Positions 1 through 12,572 of a stretch of DNA of 64,000 nucleotides are shown piece by piece; position 1 is the first letter of the stretch, and each line of letters begins with the position of its first letter. Location: the NCBI GenBank assembly GCA_013265495.1, contig MU058636.1, positions 9,564,176 to 9,628,175 of the forward strand. The letters are read 5' to 3'. The position numbers and the translations under genes were made by a program. The notes beneath the pieces were generated by a model that saw only the letters and a list, made by a program, of their open reading frames with translations, was not told the origin of the DNA and did not search any database. The stretch is from Vicugna vicugna. Lineage: Eukaryota.

Positions 1-204
1 CCAAAACGGAATTGTTTCATTTTTGGAAATTTTCTTCAAGTATGTTAAATTTGTCTACTAGGGAAGCAGAACTTTTTAAAATCTTGAAAAACGTCAAATA
101 CACAGAAAATTTTAGAGAATAAGAACATCTATATATCAAGTACCTAGATTCATCTGTTTCTGACCTTTTACTCTAACTGTTGTCATTTTCTCTGTCACAT
201 TTAC

Positions 205-560
205 GTCGGTCTAGTTTTGGGCTCTCTAGTCTGTTCCATTGATCTCAGTCTCTCTCTTTTCACCGATACCACGTGGCCTTAATTGATGCAGATTTCCTGT
301 TAAGCTTAAAATCTTCCAATCTTCTTCTTCCTTTTCAAAACCGTTTTGGCTCTTCTAGTTCCATCACCTTCTCACTTAAATTTTTCAATCAACGTGTCAA
401 TATCTACAAAAAGTCCAGCTGTGGAATCCTGATTCAGAATGCACCAGATCTGCAGATCAACTGGGGGAGAAATGCCATCTTTACAATACTGAGTCTTCCA
501 ATGAAGAACACATTTTTTCTCTCCATTTATTTAAGTTTTCCTTGATATTTTTTTTTCCCT
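205..560 (-). mobile_element. Old LINE-1 (L1M) ORF2 fragment
   Basis: Antisense L1 ORF2-like text, e.g. gatcaactgggggagaaatgccatctttacaatactgagtcttccaat and ctctccatttatttaag. Confidence 0.8.
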
Positions 561-1966
561 AAGGGGAGACTTGCTTTTTAATTCTGGCATCTTCTTTTTC
601 ACCCCAGTCTCTCCCTCACTCCATTCCCTAGAGTCAAGTTTTAACACATTAAAGAATTGGCTTAAGTCATGGATAAAACATAACACTTTCATATGTTTAA
701 ATTCTCAGTTACTGACATAATGATAGTCCTTTGTCCCTAAAAAGTTCCCACTTAATAATGACTCAGAATATCTTGGCTAACTTCCTTAATTTGGTGGTGA
801 ATAAGCTAAATATAGTTGACTTGAGCTTTTTATTGGACAAAGAAGTAATCCAAACATCAGAAAAAGTTTATTAGAATATAAAATTTTAAAAATTAGGCCC
901 TTCTGTGCTAGGTACCATTCCCTTCATGGATCAGAAACAGTATGTGATTATCTCATTCACAAGGATTTTTGATTAAAACAACGTGTACACATGAGTAACC
1001 CAACCCCAACAAGCCAGCTTAAACATGCTCCCCTGAAGCCTGTCACAGAGACAGGGCCCCGTATTAATACAAGGAGACTCCATTAACTGAGAGGAACACA
1101 CGCAGGCACATTCAAAGGCTATGATTGTGACAGTAATTGGTAAACTGAGTATTTTGCAAAAAGCCCCTTTGTTCTTAATGGCATTGAAACCACCGTTGGG
1201 CCATCCCACTGTCACCGACATGAACAGTAGCAGCAAGTACTGGTGCATGCAAGGATCAAAAACTGTGCTGAAAGGGCCCACAATTAATAATAATTGCTTC
1301 CCAAGTGTCTATTTTACGTCAAGATGCCACTTCAGAAGGGATATATTCAAGTCCACTGGATAGGCTTAATATCTTCACGGAGGGTGGCCCTTTCTGGGAA
1401 AGTTATTCAATGGCTCAGCATGGGGCTAGCAAAACATCATTAATAAGAACAATACAGAAGAATTACAGAGACAAAGCACACCTTGCCAACTGGTGGCATT
1501 TTGCAAAGCAGCCCGTGCATTATTGAAGCCTGTGAATTGAAGGGCTTCCTGAGACAATGAGGACACAAGCACTTATTCACTGAAGTCTTTTTTTTTTTAT
1601 TTCACAGGGGCTTCCTGGGAGGTGGTGACCAAGAGTGGGGTTGACACTTTGCAGGCTCGGTTGTATGCTTAACTATTATTTTTCTGTGGGTCATTCTCAA
1701 TAAAAGAGGAAAATGTTATTAATGCCTTTGAATGGAGTCAAAGGCAGAAATGCAAAGCATCAAGAATCAAGCAAAGGGAAACCAGATTCATAGTCCTCTA
1801 ACTCCAACAAAGTGAGAAATGTACATAGATACCAATATTTTAATGTTCACATTGGAAAATCATTCATTTTAACCTTCCTTGGAAAGCAAATGGATATAAT
1901 TAATAAAATACAATTTTAAAACAACTTAAAAGTTGTTTTGATAATCACTTAATAACTATGAATCAT

Positions 1967-2433
1967 TGTCGTATACTGATTAAAATAATAGCCCCATTCT
2001 TTACCCCTCCCTATACCTATATTCCTTAAAATGAAAATTCACAGCTTAACCCCTTGAAGTCAGACTTCCCTTGTGACTTGCTTTAGCCAAAGGGATGCAG
2101 TGGAACTGATACTATGCCAGCAATGAGACTAGATCTCAAAAGGCCAGCCATGCCTTAGCATCCCACCCTGCTGTCATGGAGACTAGCCTGAGCTAACCTG
2201 CTGAATGATGAGAAACAGAAGAGCGGGCTGAGAGCACCCTACACCAGCTATTAGCCCATCTGTCTGCAGACTGCAGACACATGAGTGAGAGCAGGTGAGG
2301 ATTATCCCAGGCCACCCAGGCCTGATAAACTGCCCTGTCGACACATAAATTCATGAGCATCATTAATACATGACTGTTGTTTTGCCATGAAATTTGGGGA
2401 TGGTTTGTTACACAGTAAAAGCTAACTGACACA
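1967..2433 (+). mobile_element. MLT1-type (ERVL-MaLR) solo LTR
   Basis: TG...CA ends; internal gtgacttgctttagccaa; 3' end ttggggatggtttgttacacagtaaaagctaactgacaca. Confidence 0.8.
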
Positions 2434-2779
2434 ATCACCTACCTTTCCAAGTTGCTCTTTGGATTTCTTTCTGTATCATTCTCTTTTCCTTCCCTTGTGC
2501 TTTCTCAGTTACCAACGTCACTCCTGATTATTCAATGCACTTTGACCTCTGCCTCTCTGGTACTTCCCATAATCAGTCCCTTTGTCTTGCAGCTTCAAGA
2601 CAAAAGTGGGTCTCAAGTCTATCTGCTTTTCTTTTCTCCCTGGATTTTACTAGTAAAGGTCTCCATCATTTGTCTTCTAAAAGCTCTCCTTTCCTCCTCA
2701 TTCTTTTGTTTCTTTAAATACATTCCTTAGTCACTTAAGTAATTTTTTCTTACTGAATAGAAATAGTTATTTTACTAAA

Positions 2780-3330
2780 ATGCATGTCAGGATCTATCAT
2801 CCCCCATTTCAGATGGAGAATCCCATTCAGTGGCTCCCAGTTGCCTACAGAATGTTCTCAACAGCTAAGCATGGGATTCGAGATGCTTCATCAACTGCTC
2901 TCAATCTTCCCTTTTAATTACTTCCTGCAGCATCTGACCACACATCTTTAGTCACATCAAGCTAGGATGATCACCCAAACAGACCAAGCTCTTTCACATC
3001 TCTGTGCCTTTGATGTGTTATTTTCTTCCCCTCATCCTTATGCCTATTCAACAACCAACCAATTGATCCACTACTGACAACTCTATGGCTCTCTTCTCCA
3101 ACAGGCACACAGCCCTCCCCTCCACTCATACCTCCTTCCTAGTGCCGTGGGTGGATTTGTCCTTTCCTCTGCACATCTCTCAGGTGCCTCTATTGTGGTA
3201 GCTTTTTCATTACAGTTTAATTTATACTTAGTTGAAGGCGGGAAGATTGTAAATTCTTTGACAGCATCGCAAATGAATCTCTGCATCTCTCATATGCCCA
3301 GCACTATGCTTCATGTGTTAAATGTAACAT
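2780..3330 (+). mobile_element. LINE-2 fragment
   Basis: L2-like motifs ttcagtggctcccagttgcctacaga and cacatctctgtgcctttg; highly diverged. Confidence 0.5.
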
Positions 3331-4254
3331 GCTATGGGTCCTGGGGTAACAGAGGAGAGAGGAACTGTTCTGAGGAAACTTAGCTTTCTAGTCAAGGGCC
3401 AAATCCAGATATGGGTCAAATAAATGCCTTTGCTCCATTATCAGAAATGAAAAGTTTTCCGTGGCAGAAAGCGCGCTCTTGACACCTTCAAAATTTTAAA
3501 ATTCAGTCTCACGATACAGCATCAGTTACTTCACTCCTATTCAGGAAACTGACAACCACGACTATGTTTAATTCAGTTCAAGTCAGGATCCAGACTTACC
3601 ATTCCTTTCTGTTCTCACCCTTGCCTGTCTGGCCTATTTGGCAGAATCAGATAAATGAAGGGTAATTTCTGAATACAACAAAACCTTGAAAAACAAAGCT
3701 CTCTGTTATGCAAACCATTTCTTCCCCTTATGCTGTAAAGGGAAGGGAAGAAATACGTCGATATCGGGACACACGCAATAGCTACTTTCAGGCATATATT
3801 ATATTCAGAAAAGATTTTTGTAATCACACGCACATTTTGCCTCTAAAAAGAGACACAGTGACCCTGAGAAAGGTCTTTTGACTCCTCTGGGTCCCTGTTT
3901 CTTCATCTATTAAATGAGTGGCTGAGACTAACTTAGCACTGCACTCTAGCGACTTTATAAAACATCCGTTTTTGAAACTGATGTTCACATTAATGAACTC
4001 AAAGAAATGCAAGACCAGTAACGAAATCTTTTATGTATTAAATCATGCAGAATATACGTACAAAGATAGCAAAGGACGCCAATATAATTTTGAGAGATTT
4101 TTAACAAAGGTGAAAAATCGAGTATTTTCTTGACCTTCTATTAGTTAGAATTTGCAATTAATGAGAACAATCTATGCCACATAGGCAGGTTAATCAAAAT
4201 ACTATGGTGAATATTAAAATACTGTTCTTACACAGAACAGATCAATCATAGGCT

Positions 4255-4410
4255 TTGCAGATAAGCTGTGGGGCCTGAGACAAGTTACTTAACCTCCACA
4301 TCTAGATGAAAAAACAGGATAGTAATTCCTGCCTCACTGAAGGTTGTAAAGACTGAATGAGACATTGTCCATTCAGTGACTAGAATATGGCAGATAAAAT
4401 GTTCATTTCC
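4255..4410 (+). mobile_element. MIR SINE
   Basis: MIR core gacaagttacttaacctc...gttgtaaagactgaatgaga. Confidence 0.7.
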
Positions 4411-6704
4411 CTATTTCCCTTTCTCCATCATCCCCAAGAAAGCTCAAAAACACTTTCAAATGAGTGATTGGAAATTACCGCTCAGCTGTGTAATGCTCTT
4501 TTTTTTTTCATCATTCAGCATTCATGATGCTGAAATACTTGATTTTCACCAACAGCGCTTGTTTCAAAGTCCTCTGTTTATTAGACGGTGGGATGATAAT
4601 GTCATAGTATGACCCACAATAAATTTAATCATAAAACAGGTCCGAAACAAGTTTTGCTAAAGTTGTATGCTGGCATATCAAGTTAAGCCAGGGAATATCT
4701 GGCTGGAACTAACGTAGAAATACCTCTGAGAGTACCCCTGATCTAACTTTCTCCCCTGTACTAGGCAGGATACCCTATTGCAGGAAGGGAAGAACCTGCT
4801 ACTTTCTTAAATGATGTTTTCTAATCTCTAAATACCACTTTTTTTGTAGATATTGAAGCAAAGTTGATCTTCTGAAAATCCTTTTTGGAAATGAGGCACA
4901 TTCTATGAAACATTCCATTCTATAAAATCCCTATTCATTTAATGCAATCATGCTTTTGGTCTTCGTCCACTCAAGTTTAATTGGACAAAAGAGACTAGGA
5001 GGGGCCAGAGCCTGGAACCAGCGCCCCCCCATGGGGGAGATGTTGCCATGGTGCTGAGATAAGGCCCAGCCTATCAGACCATCACACACAGCATCCAAGG
5101 AGATGACAACAGGCAGGTGCTGGAAGTCTCAGTAAGAGTTAGCAGCGAGGGAGAGATCAAGTTGAAGGCTGCAGGAGCATTCAGTGCCTCTCCTTCAGGG
5201 ACAGGTGGAGATTTCCTCCCAGGAAAGCCACACCCGCCAGGCACAGCAGAGACCAGCTGGCCCCATTCCCCAGGCTGGGACTCAGAGACAGCGCTGGGGG
5301 CCTGGGCTGGGGAGCTAGGGAGGAGACAAGGTCTCCATTCTCTTTCTCTTTTTTAAGAAGTCAGAGTTTATTTCTACTTAAACAATACTCAAGGAACTTC
5401 CAGAAGGTTAAAAGACCCAATGACATCTGGATTTAATAGAATATCATAGGCAGGTGCTTCCTCTGTTTCAAAATCCTCAGGAAGACTCTGGGCAGTTCGA
5501 TGCCTCATTGATTCTTCTCATCCAAGAGGGGTGCACTTTGAGTTTTGGTGTATTCCCGACAAGACCATCCCTCCAAAAAATGAGGAAAGAAAAAATGCTG
5601 AAAGCAATCACTGTCGCTGAGAGGAAGAAAGGTCAGTGATCAGAGAGGAAGGCCACCACAGCAATTTCGAGGAGCAAAATTACTAATCCAACACAGAACA
5701 AAAGGTGCGCTTGCAGAACCGATGTGAAAACCCTTCTTGCTTTATTCTTCCAAACCAGGTCCACTGACCACGAACTTGAGTCGCTGGGACCATGACGAGC
5801 CTTACCTGATTAAACAAATCTCCTTAACAACAAACAGCCAAAAACCCTTCAGGATGAAGTGTCCTCTTTATTCTAATGTGATTGGCCTAAACGAACAGGA
5901 AACAAGATCCATGGATGCAGACGGAGTTCAAGGAGGGCACTTGGATCTCAAAACAATATGAAAAACGGGGCACAGAGTCAGAAGTGGACAAACTGGAGAG
6001 GACACTGGAACTTCAACCCCACCTCGTCCAGCGTCATTCCTTCCTAGTGAGCACAGTGCGTCTCAGAGAAGAACTGTGAAGATGGAAAAGTATCCATTAA
6101 AAGCCAGCTTTGTGTTCTGGCTCCAGGCAGTGGGCAACCAAAAATGAGCAAGACAACTGTTTCTGCCTTAAGAAGCTCAGAGTCTAGGGGAAGAGGCCAG
6201 ATGTGATGACCTCTGTGCTGCAGAACACTGGGAAAGCCGTCTGGCCCAGACCTGCTTCCGTCAGGAAAACCCTCCCGAATACACTGACTATAGTTTGTTG
6301 AACTAAATCCTTGGGCAGTTACTAGAGCAATCCACTATCTTCTCTTCCGTAGACAGAAAACATTTCTTTGACCTTTCTTATTTTCAAACTTTTCAGAAGA
6401 AACTCTCTACCAAACACTCTAAATTCTCTCAGCACTTTGTTGAATTAGACCCCTGGTCATCCCTGCCACCCACAAGACCAACTGAGCTTCCAAGATGGTC
6501 TCGGAAGGCATCAGAATTCAGGGGGGAAAAGGCGCTCAACAATCCATCACCATGGCTGCTGTCCAAATCCGCTAGGTCATTTCTAGGCAGGAGCTTACAT
6601 AAATTCAAAATTGACGTTATTAATAATCAGAAATTAGCAAACACCGCCTGTGAGCACCAAACTGCATACTTGGCCAAAAAAACGGTGTTTCAACAAATGA
6701 AATA

Positions 6705-6875
6705 AATGATTCATCTTCACAATTATCTTATGAGAGAGTCTTTATTACCTCTACTCTATAGATGAGCAAATTAAGATCCAGAAAGCAAATAAACCTTCTC
6801 AAGGTATTATAGCTAGAAAGGAAAATCATTCTAGTGAGGCCAGAATTCAATTCCTGCTGTTCGTCTCCAAAGCCT
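6705..6875 (-). mobile_element. MIR SINE
   Basis: Antisense core tcatcttcacaa...atagatgagcaaattaagatccagaaag. Confidence 0.6.
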
Positions 6876-8177
6876 GTAGAGCCTGAAAATCTGCCTCTCA
6901 CCTACGGTCTCAGTCTTCTCATTTACTATAACTGGAAAAATTCCAGGGCACTCTAAGTTATACAAATTACGTAAAATGATATACCTATTTCCAAAGCAGT
7001 TTTACACATATCATGGAATGGCTCTGCTAAAGCTCTTGACTGCACACTGGCTCCAGCATTGAGCCTGAGGTCCTGGCATGGCAAACAGGACCAACCCCTC
7101 CCCGATCAGCCCCAGGTGAGCGTCCTAGCCTCCTCTCTTGCCATCCTGCTCCTCTCTCTGCTTTTCTGACTCTTTCTGCTGGAGCCAGCCTGTGTCCACG
7201 TCGCTGTTGGTGCCTCTCACCAAAGGCCTTTCCCACTTTTCTGCCTGGCAAGCTAACTCAGCAATTCAGGACACAGAGGACCCACCTCAAGGATGCTGTG
7301 CCTGTCTCCTCCCATGTCTCCAGCACTGACTGCTCCCTCTTTGTGCTCTCATCATACGCTGGGATGCCAGTACAGCAGCCCTGACCACCCCGCATTTAGA
7401 CCTGTTTGCCAACCTCTCCCTAAAGCCTTAATTAATCAAGATGTGGTCCATGGACCTGCAGCATAGACATCTCTGGGGATCTCAGGGGCTCCCCAAACCT
7501 ACAGCACCAGAATAGACATTGCTAACAAGATCTCCTTGATTCTGGTGCATTTTGGCCTTTGAGGATAACTTTTCTCACAGCCTATAAATTTCAGAATAAC
7601 AGTGGCGGAGTTTTATCCTCAGAACTTGGCACAGGGCCCAGCACTGAGCAAATATTCCATAAATGTTTGCTGAATCAAAGGGGATATGTGATCTCACATG
7701 ATCTCACAACACCATCTGAGATAGAAACTGCTCTCTCTGTGTTATAGGTGAGAAAACTGGGATTAGGGATTTTAGGAAAATTTCCTACAACATATAGCTG
7801 GTTGATTAGCAGGATGAGGTCCAAATTTTCCAACTTCTTTTTTTTTAACTCTGCATTTTATTAATATCTTATCTGTTTTTTAATCCATAGTGAAATCAAT
7901 GAAGAGTTTGGTAATTTGATTATTTTAAATTTATTTTTTCTGCCAACTCCGCAAAAACGCATGTGTTTTTTAAAATGAACTTCATTGATTTTTTTTCTTT
8001 TTTAAAATTTTTTCCAACTTCTAATTCTATATTTTTTCATTTCCTATTCTATATCCCATGCATTATAAAGAAGGACAAATATTTATCCAGTAATTCACAT
8101 GATACTGATTTTAGCATTAGAATATTGCCAAGGTAGGGTTAGCAGACACCCTGCTTTCACATTCATGCGCTCATTCA

Positions 8178-8321
8178 CTCCTTTTTATACGTTCCGTTGT
8201 AAAAGATCTTTCCTGGTAGGTTCCAGTCTTTTTTGTCAATGGTTTTCTGTAAATAGGTGTAACTCTGGTGTGCCCGTGAGAGGAGATGAGCTCAGGGTCC
8301 TTCTACTCTGCCGTCTTGGCC
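8178..8321 (-). mobile_element. Isolated 5'-terminal fragment of a laurasiatherian LINE-1
   Basis: The reverse complement begins GGCCAAGACGGCAGAGTAGAAGGACCCTGAGCTCATCTCCTCTCACGGGCACACC, resembling the CAAGATGGCGGAGTAG start of L1 5' UTRs. Confidence 0.7.
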
Positions 8322-9029
8322 GACCTTACTCACTCACTCCTTTATGGAGTCAAATCTTACTGAGGACCCGCCACATGCTATGCACTGTGCTCAGAATGGA
8401 AGATGTGGAGGAGGACTTGCCGAGCCCATTCCTGCCCTCAAAGGGACACCATCAAATAAAGAGCAGCCCTCAGCCAGTGTGAGAAGCGCCACAATGGGAG
8501 TCCAGGGTGTTGGGGGACACGGAGGAGAGACCCAGGACTCAGCCACAGAGTCAGGCTCTCTATGGAAATTAACATCACATGTCAGAACTCAGTTTTCCAT
8601 TTACCTCTTCATTTTCTAAGCCCCCACCTGTGAGTGCGTGCACGTGTGTGGGTGTGTACACCATGTGCATACAATAAAGAGGAAAATACAAGGATAGGCA
8701 CTTTCAACAACCTCTAGCACACGCTGCCAAACAAAATCTGTAAGGTAAGATAGAGAAAAGGACCCACCGGGGCGCCATTTGGTTTTCAACGCATCAAAGA
8801 TTTACACACTCTTCGCATTATCATTAATGGCTGTTATGAACGTAATTTGTCCCCACGCACCAAGGGGAGAATAAATTCCTCGCAGAGGGGAAATAGAGGG
8901 TATTCAAAGAAAAAATATTTTATGCAAAAAGCTGATGACTGCTAGCTGATAATGAATGCAGTAGGAGTAATAATACTTTTTTAAAGTCCTCATTAAATGA
9001 GTCATAAAGGTCACAGGGCAATACTAGAA

Positions 9030-9057
<28 letters not shown>
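9030..9057. repeat. (CA)n microsatellite
   Basis: 14 perfect AC units. Confidence 0.95.
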
Positions 9058-9062
<5 letters not shown>

Positions 9063-9759
9063 GTGCATCTCTGAGTTATCCAGCAAAGCAAAATGGCAAA
9101 AATGGCTTTTTTAAATGCAGGGCTAAATAAATTACAAATAAAAATCAGAATGAAATGACAATAAAGAGGAGGTGTGATTCCAATCATTTAAAATCACAAA
9201 TATCATATGAAAAGCAGAAAAGTAGAAGGATGGAGTCCATTCTCCCTGGAGTCACTAAATCTGCTGACAACAGGAGCAACACACAGAGATAGATCTCTGC
9301 ACAGAGGCAAAAAGCAAACAGAGTCCTAAGTGACTAGAATAAATGAGTCCAGTGGGCTGATAAGTGACTTACACAGCTCAATATAGGTGTCAGATGATGA
9401 GACGAGGGACTAAAAATATTCTTAGAGGGTAAAAGCATTTCAGGTCAGCAGTACAGAGGCGTTCAGCAGGGTTGCATATTGTAATGCCTTCTTGGCTAAT
9501 AAGAATCAAACAGACAGGCCAAGTGGACGCGTGGGACTGGGAACGTCATTTCTACTTTCCTGGGAGCAGCGTTTCTTACAGTGATGGGGTATTTTGGCTC
9601 CTCATCAGGTCTTTTATTAATCCACTGTCATGTCTTTGTGAGTCTTCCTACCAGGGGAAGGGATGATAGTCATGATTTCAGATCATAAAGTGTAACACCG
9701 AAGTCAAGGGGTTGGAAAGGAAATTAAGAATCAAGAGTGGCAGGTTCCTCTATTTGTCA

Positions 9760-9942
9760 CAGCCTTTGCTTCTTCCCTTGCAAAACGAGGTTAACAGACA
9801 CTCTCCCTAGGGATGTCTAGTGAGAGGACAGACACTTGTATATTTCCTGGAGGCAGCCAAAATTGTGCAATGTGGATGGAAGTCTCCTGGTACCATCCCG
9901 GGCCACGGTGAGCGCTCAGTAAACATGGGCTGCTATTATCAT
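9760..9942 (+). mobile_element. MIR SINE
   Basis: cttgcaaaacgaggttaac...gagcgctcagtaaacatgggctgctattat, a MIR 3' half. Confidence 0.6.
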
Positions 9943-11909
9943 CGTACTGGAAGGCTTCCTGCCATCAAGAATCATGAAACCCAGGAAATTCTGAGCTGTT
10001 TTCCGCTGGAGAGTTTGGTTTAAAAAAAAAAAATACAGCACAAGTTTAGCCAAATCAACAGATAAACTGTCAAGGCCAAGGATAAACTCTGTTTAGTATT
10101 CTATGAATACAGCACCTAGCAGACCATGATAAATACACAGAGCTTAATGAGGAGTATTTGATAAAAATGGAAAAGTCGCAAGCACCTAGCCATGAGAAAA
10201 TGAACTGAGTCTGGACCTAAAGAAATAGAAACACTGATGAAAGGTTGTTCGCTTATTTAAATACGAAGGTTTTGTGTTTATATATTAAACACATAATATA
10301 TATACATTAAATATAAAGGGTTAAGAATGCCACTTCCGAACTCTGCCAGTGAACAAGTCTCACCTGGAAACTGGAGCAGTCTATTAACTCACAGGTGAAA
10401 AACTTTTAAAAATCACTGACTGGGCCAGGTTCTGCAAACCTGTCTACATACCTTATTCTACCTTGATATCAGTGTGCAGCTAGCATCCCTCAGTAAAAAG
10501 CGAAATAAACACAAGGGGCAATAAATGAAAGATTACATTCTCACAGAAGAACCACTCCGGGTAAACAGCAATCCCAAGGCATGAACACTTCCTCCACATT
10601 CCAATGTTCCAAGAATACTCCGAAGACCAGAATGACCGACAGTTTAAAGATACTACTTGCTGAGAATAAAAAACAAAGTGTTCTGAAATTAAGTGTGCCA
10701 TCCAGCTCATCTCACTCACATCCAGAAGGAAGATGGCCCCACGAAGGGAAAACAGAGGGGGAGCAATCAAATCGAATTAGAATATTTCAAACCACAGAGT
10801 AATAAAGGATTCCTTTAAGGAAATAATCGCAATCTAGTTTATGTCAGAGAGTATCATTTCTAAACACGATAGTCAAAAAGAGTTGTTGTTTTTTTTTCAA
10901 TTTCATTCTGAGTTCAAGTTTACTGCAAATCACATAGGACAATACAGTTCTTAAATAGTGCACAATGAAGCTCCAACTATAATTTTGGTTCTGTGGGTTT
11001 TATATTTATGCAGTTGTTAAAATAAGCTGGCACAGAGAGCAGAAAAGGGTGAGGAGGAGACGACCCATGAGACGGAGCAGGAAAGTGACGGGTAGTTTGA
11101 AAGAGGTTTTGATGGGAATGGTGGGGGGTTTTCAGTCTGGGTTAATTGGGTTATTTCTGAATGAAAACTGATTATTATAGAAGAACGCTGTGTATAATCT
11201 AGTTAAACTCTGCAAATTCTTGGCAGAGTCACTTCGAAAGGAGGAGGCTGACAAGCCCTTCTTCTGAGAACTATTTGCATGAGAATTATCACCCTCAAGG
11301 GTGCAGATTCCAGTCCTGTTGACTCACTGCCTCAGCCACCTACACGGGGGCTCCCAGGCCAAAGGGGCTGCAGCCCACTGTCAGCCAGGATTCCAGCACC
11401 AAACCAGCTCACAGAGTCACATGGGGAAACAAACGTGATGAGAAAGCTCACTGCCAAATTAAAAAGAGTCAAATCAACAGAAAAGCCACAAGGCCATTTC
11501 GTTTATATCTTAACTCAATTTTTAGACTATTACACCCAAAAATATATCTGAAACACACCCTCCCTCAAACAGATGCAGGGCTTCTGGGAACATGAGAAAC
11601 TGTAAATACTTTTTATAGCAAGAGTTTCTCTTTCAAGTTCAAAGTGTCAGTGCAGGATTTTATCCTGTTGGGAAGGCTAGAAAGCAAAAAGTTGAGGAAG
11701 CCTTTAAATGCAACTGCTCACCACCTCTTTAAGAAGGTGGAAGTTGCATTTAGCTGGAGAGGGGAACAAAGAAAATCTGACCGGTAACATTTTGTACTTC
11801 TTTTGCCTTTCATTAAGGTAACCAATCTTCCGAGTTGCTATACTTCAAGCATCATTTTGAGCTAATACATTCTGAGAAAGCAGACATGGCATCTCCACGA
11901 CTCTCAATA

Positions 11910-12572
11910 CAGGCATAGGTTGTGTCATTTTATTGTGCTTTGCAGATGTTGTGTTTTTTACAAATTGAAGGTTTGTGGCAACCCTGCATCGAGCAAGTCT
12001 ATTGGTTGCATTTTTCCAACAGCATTTGTTCGCTTGTATCTCTGCATCACATTTTGGTCATTCCCTCAATATTTAAAACTTTTTTGTGATTATTGTATTT
12101 GTTACAGTGATCGATGATCAGTGATCTTTGATGTCACTGTTGTAACTGTTTCAGACACCTCATGTAGGACAGCGAACTTGATTGATAAATGTTGTGTGTT
12201 CTGACTGCCCCACCAAGAGGCCATCGCCCCATCTCTCTTCCTCTCCCAGGGCCCCCCTATTCCCCAAGATACAATAGTATGGAAATTAGGCCGATTAATA
12301 ACCCTACGGTGGCCTCTAAGTGTTCAAGTGAAAGGAAGAGCTGCATGTCTCTCATTTTAAATCCAGAAATGATTGATCTCAGTGAGGAAGGCAAGTCAAA
12401 AGCCGAGACAGCTCAAAAACTGTCAGCCAAGTTGTGAGTGCAAAGGAGAAGTTCTTTAAGGAAATTAGAAGTGCTACCCAGTGAACACGCAGATGGTAAG
12501 AAAGCAAAACAGCCGTACTGCTGGTGTGGAGGACGTTGTAGTGGGCTGAACAGAAAATCAAACCATCACCAT
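11910..12572 (+). mobile_element. Tigger1 DNA transposon, 5' portion with decayed transposase N-terminus
   Basis: TA then CAGGCATA terminus; acaaattgaaggtttgtggcaaccctgcatcgagcaagtct. Encodes remnant ASKCSSERKS..SL.LN..MI.LSEEG.SKAE, frameshifted and truncated. Confidence 0.92.

Noticed and set aside
12189..12572. Tigger-derived coding gene (TIGD1-like)
   Set aside because: The start codon is lost, and the transposase is deleted, frameshifted and truncated after about 90 codons.
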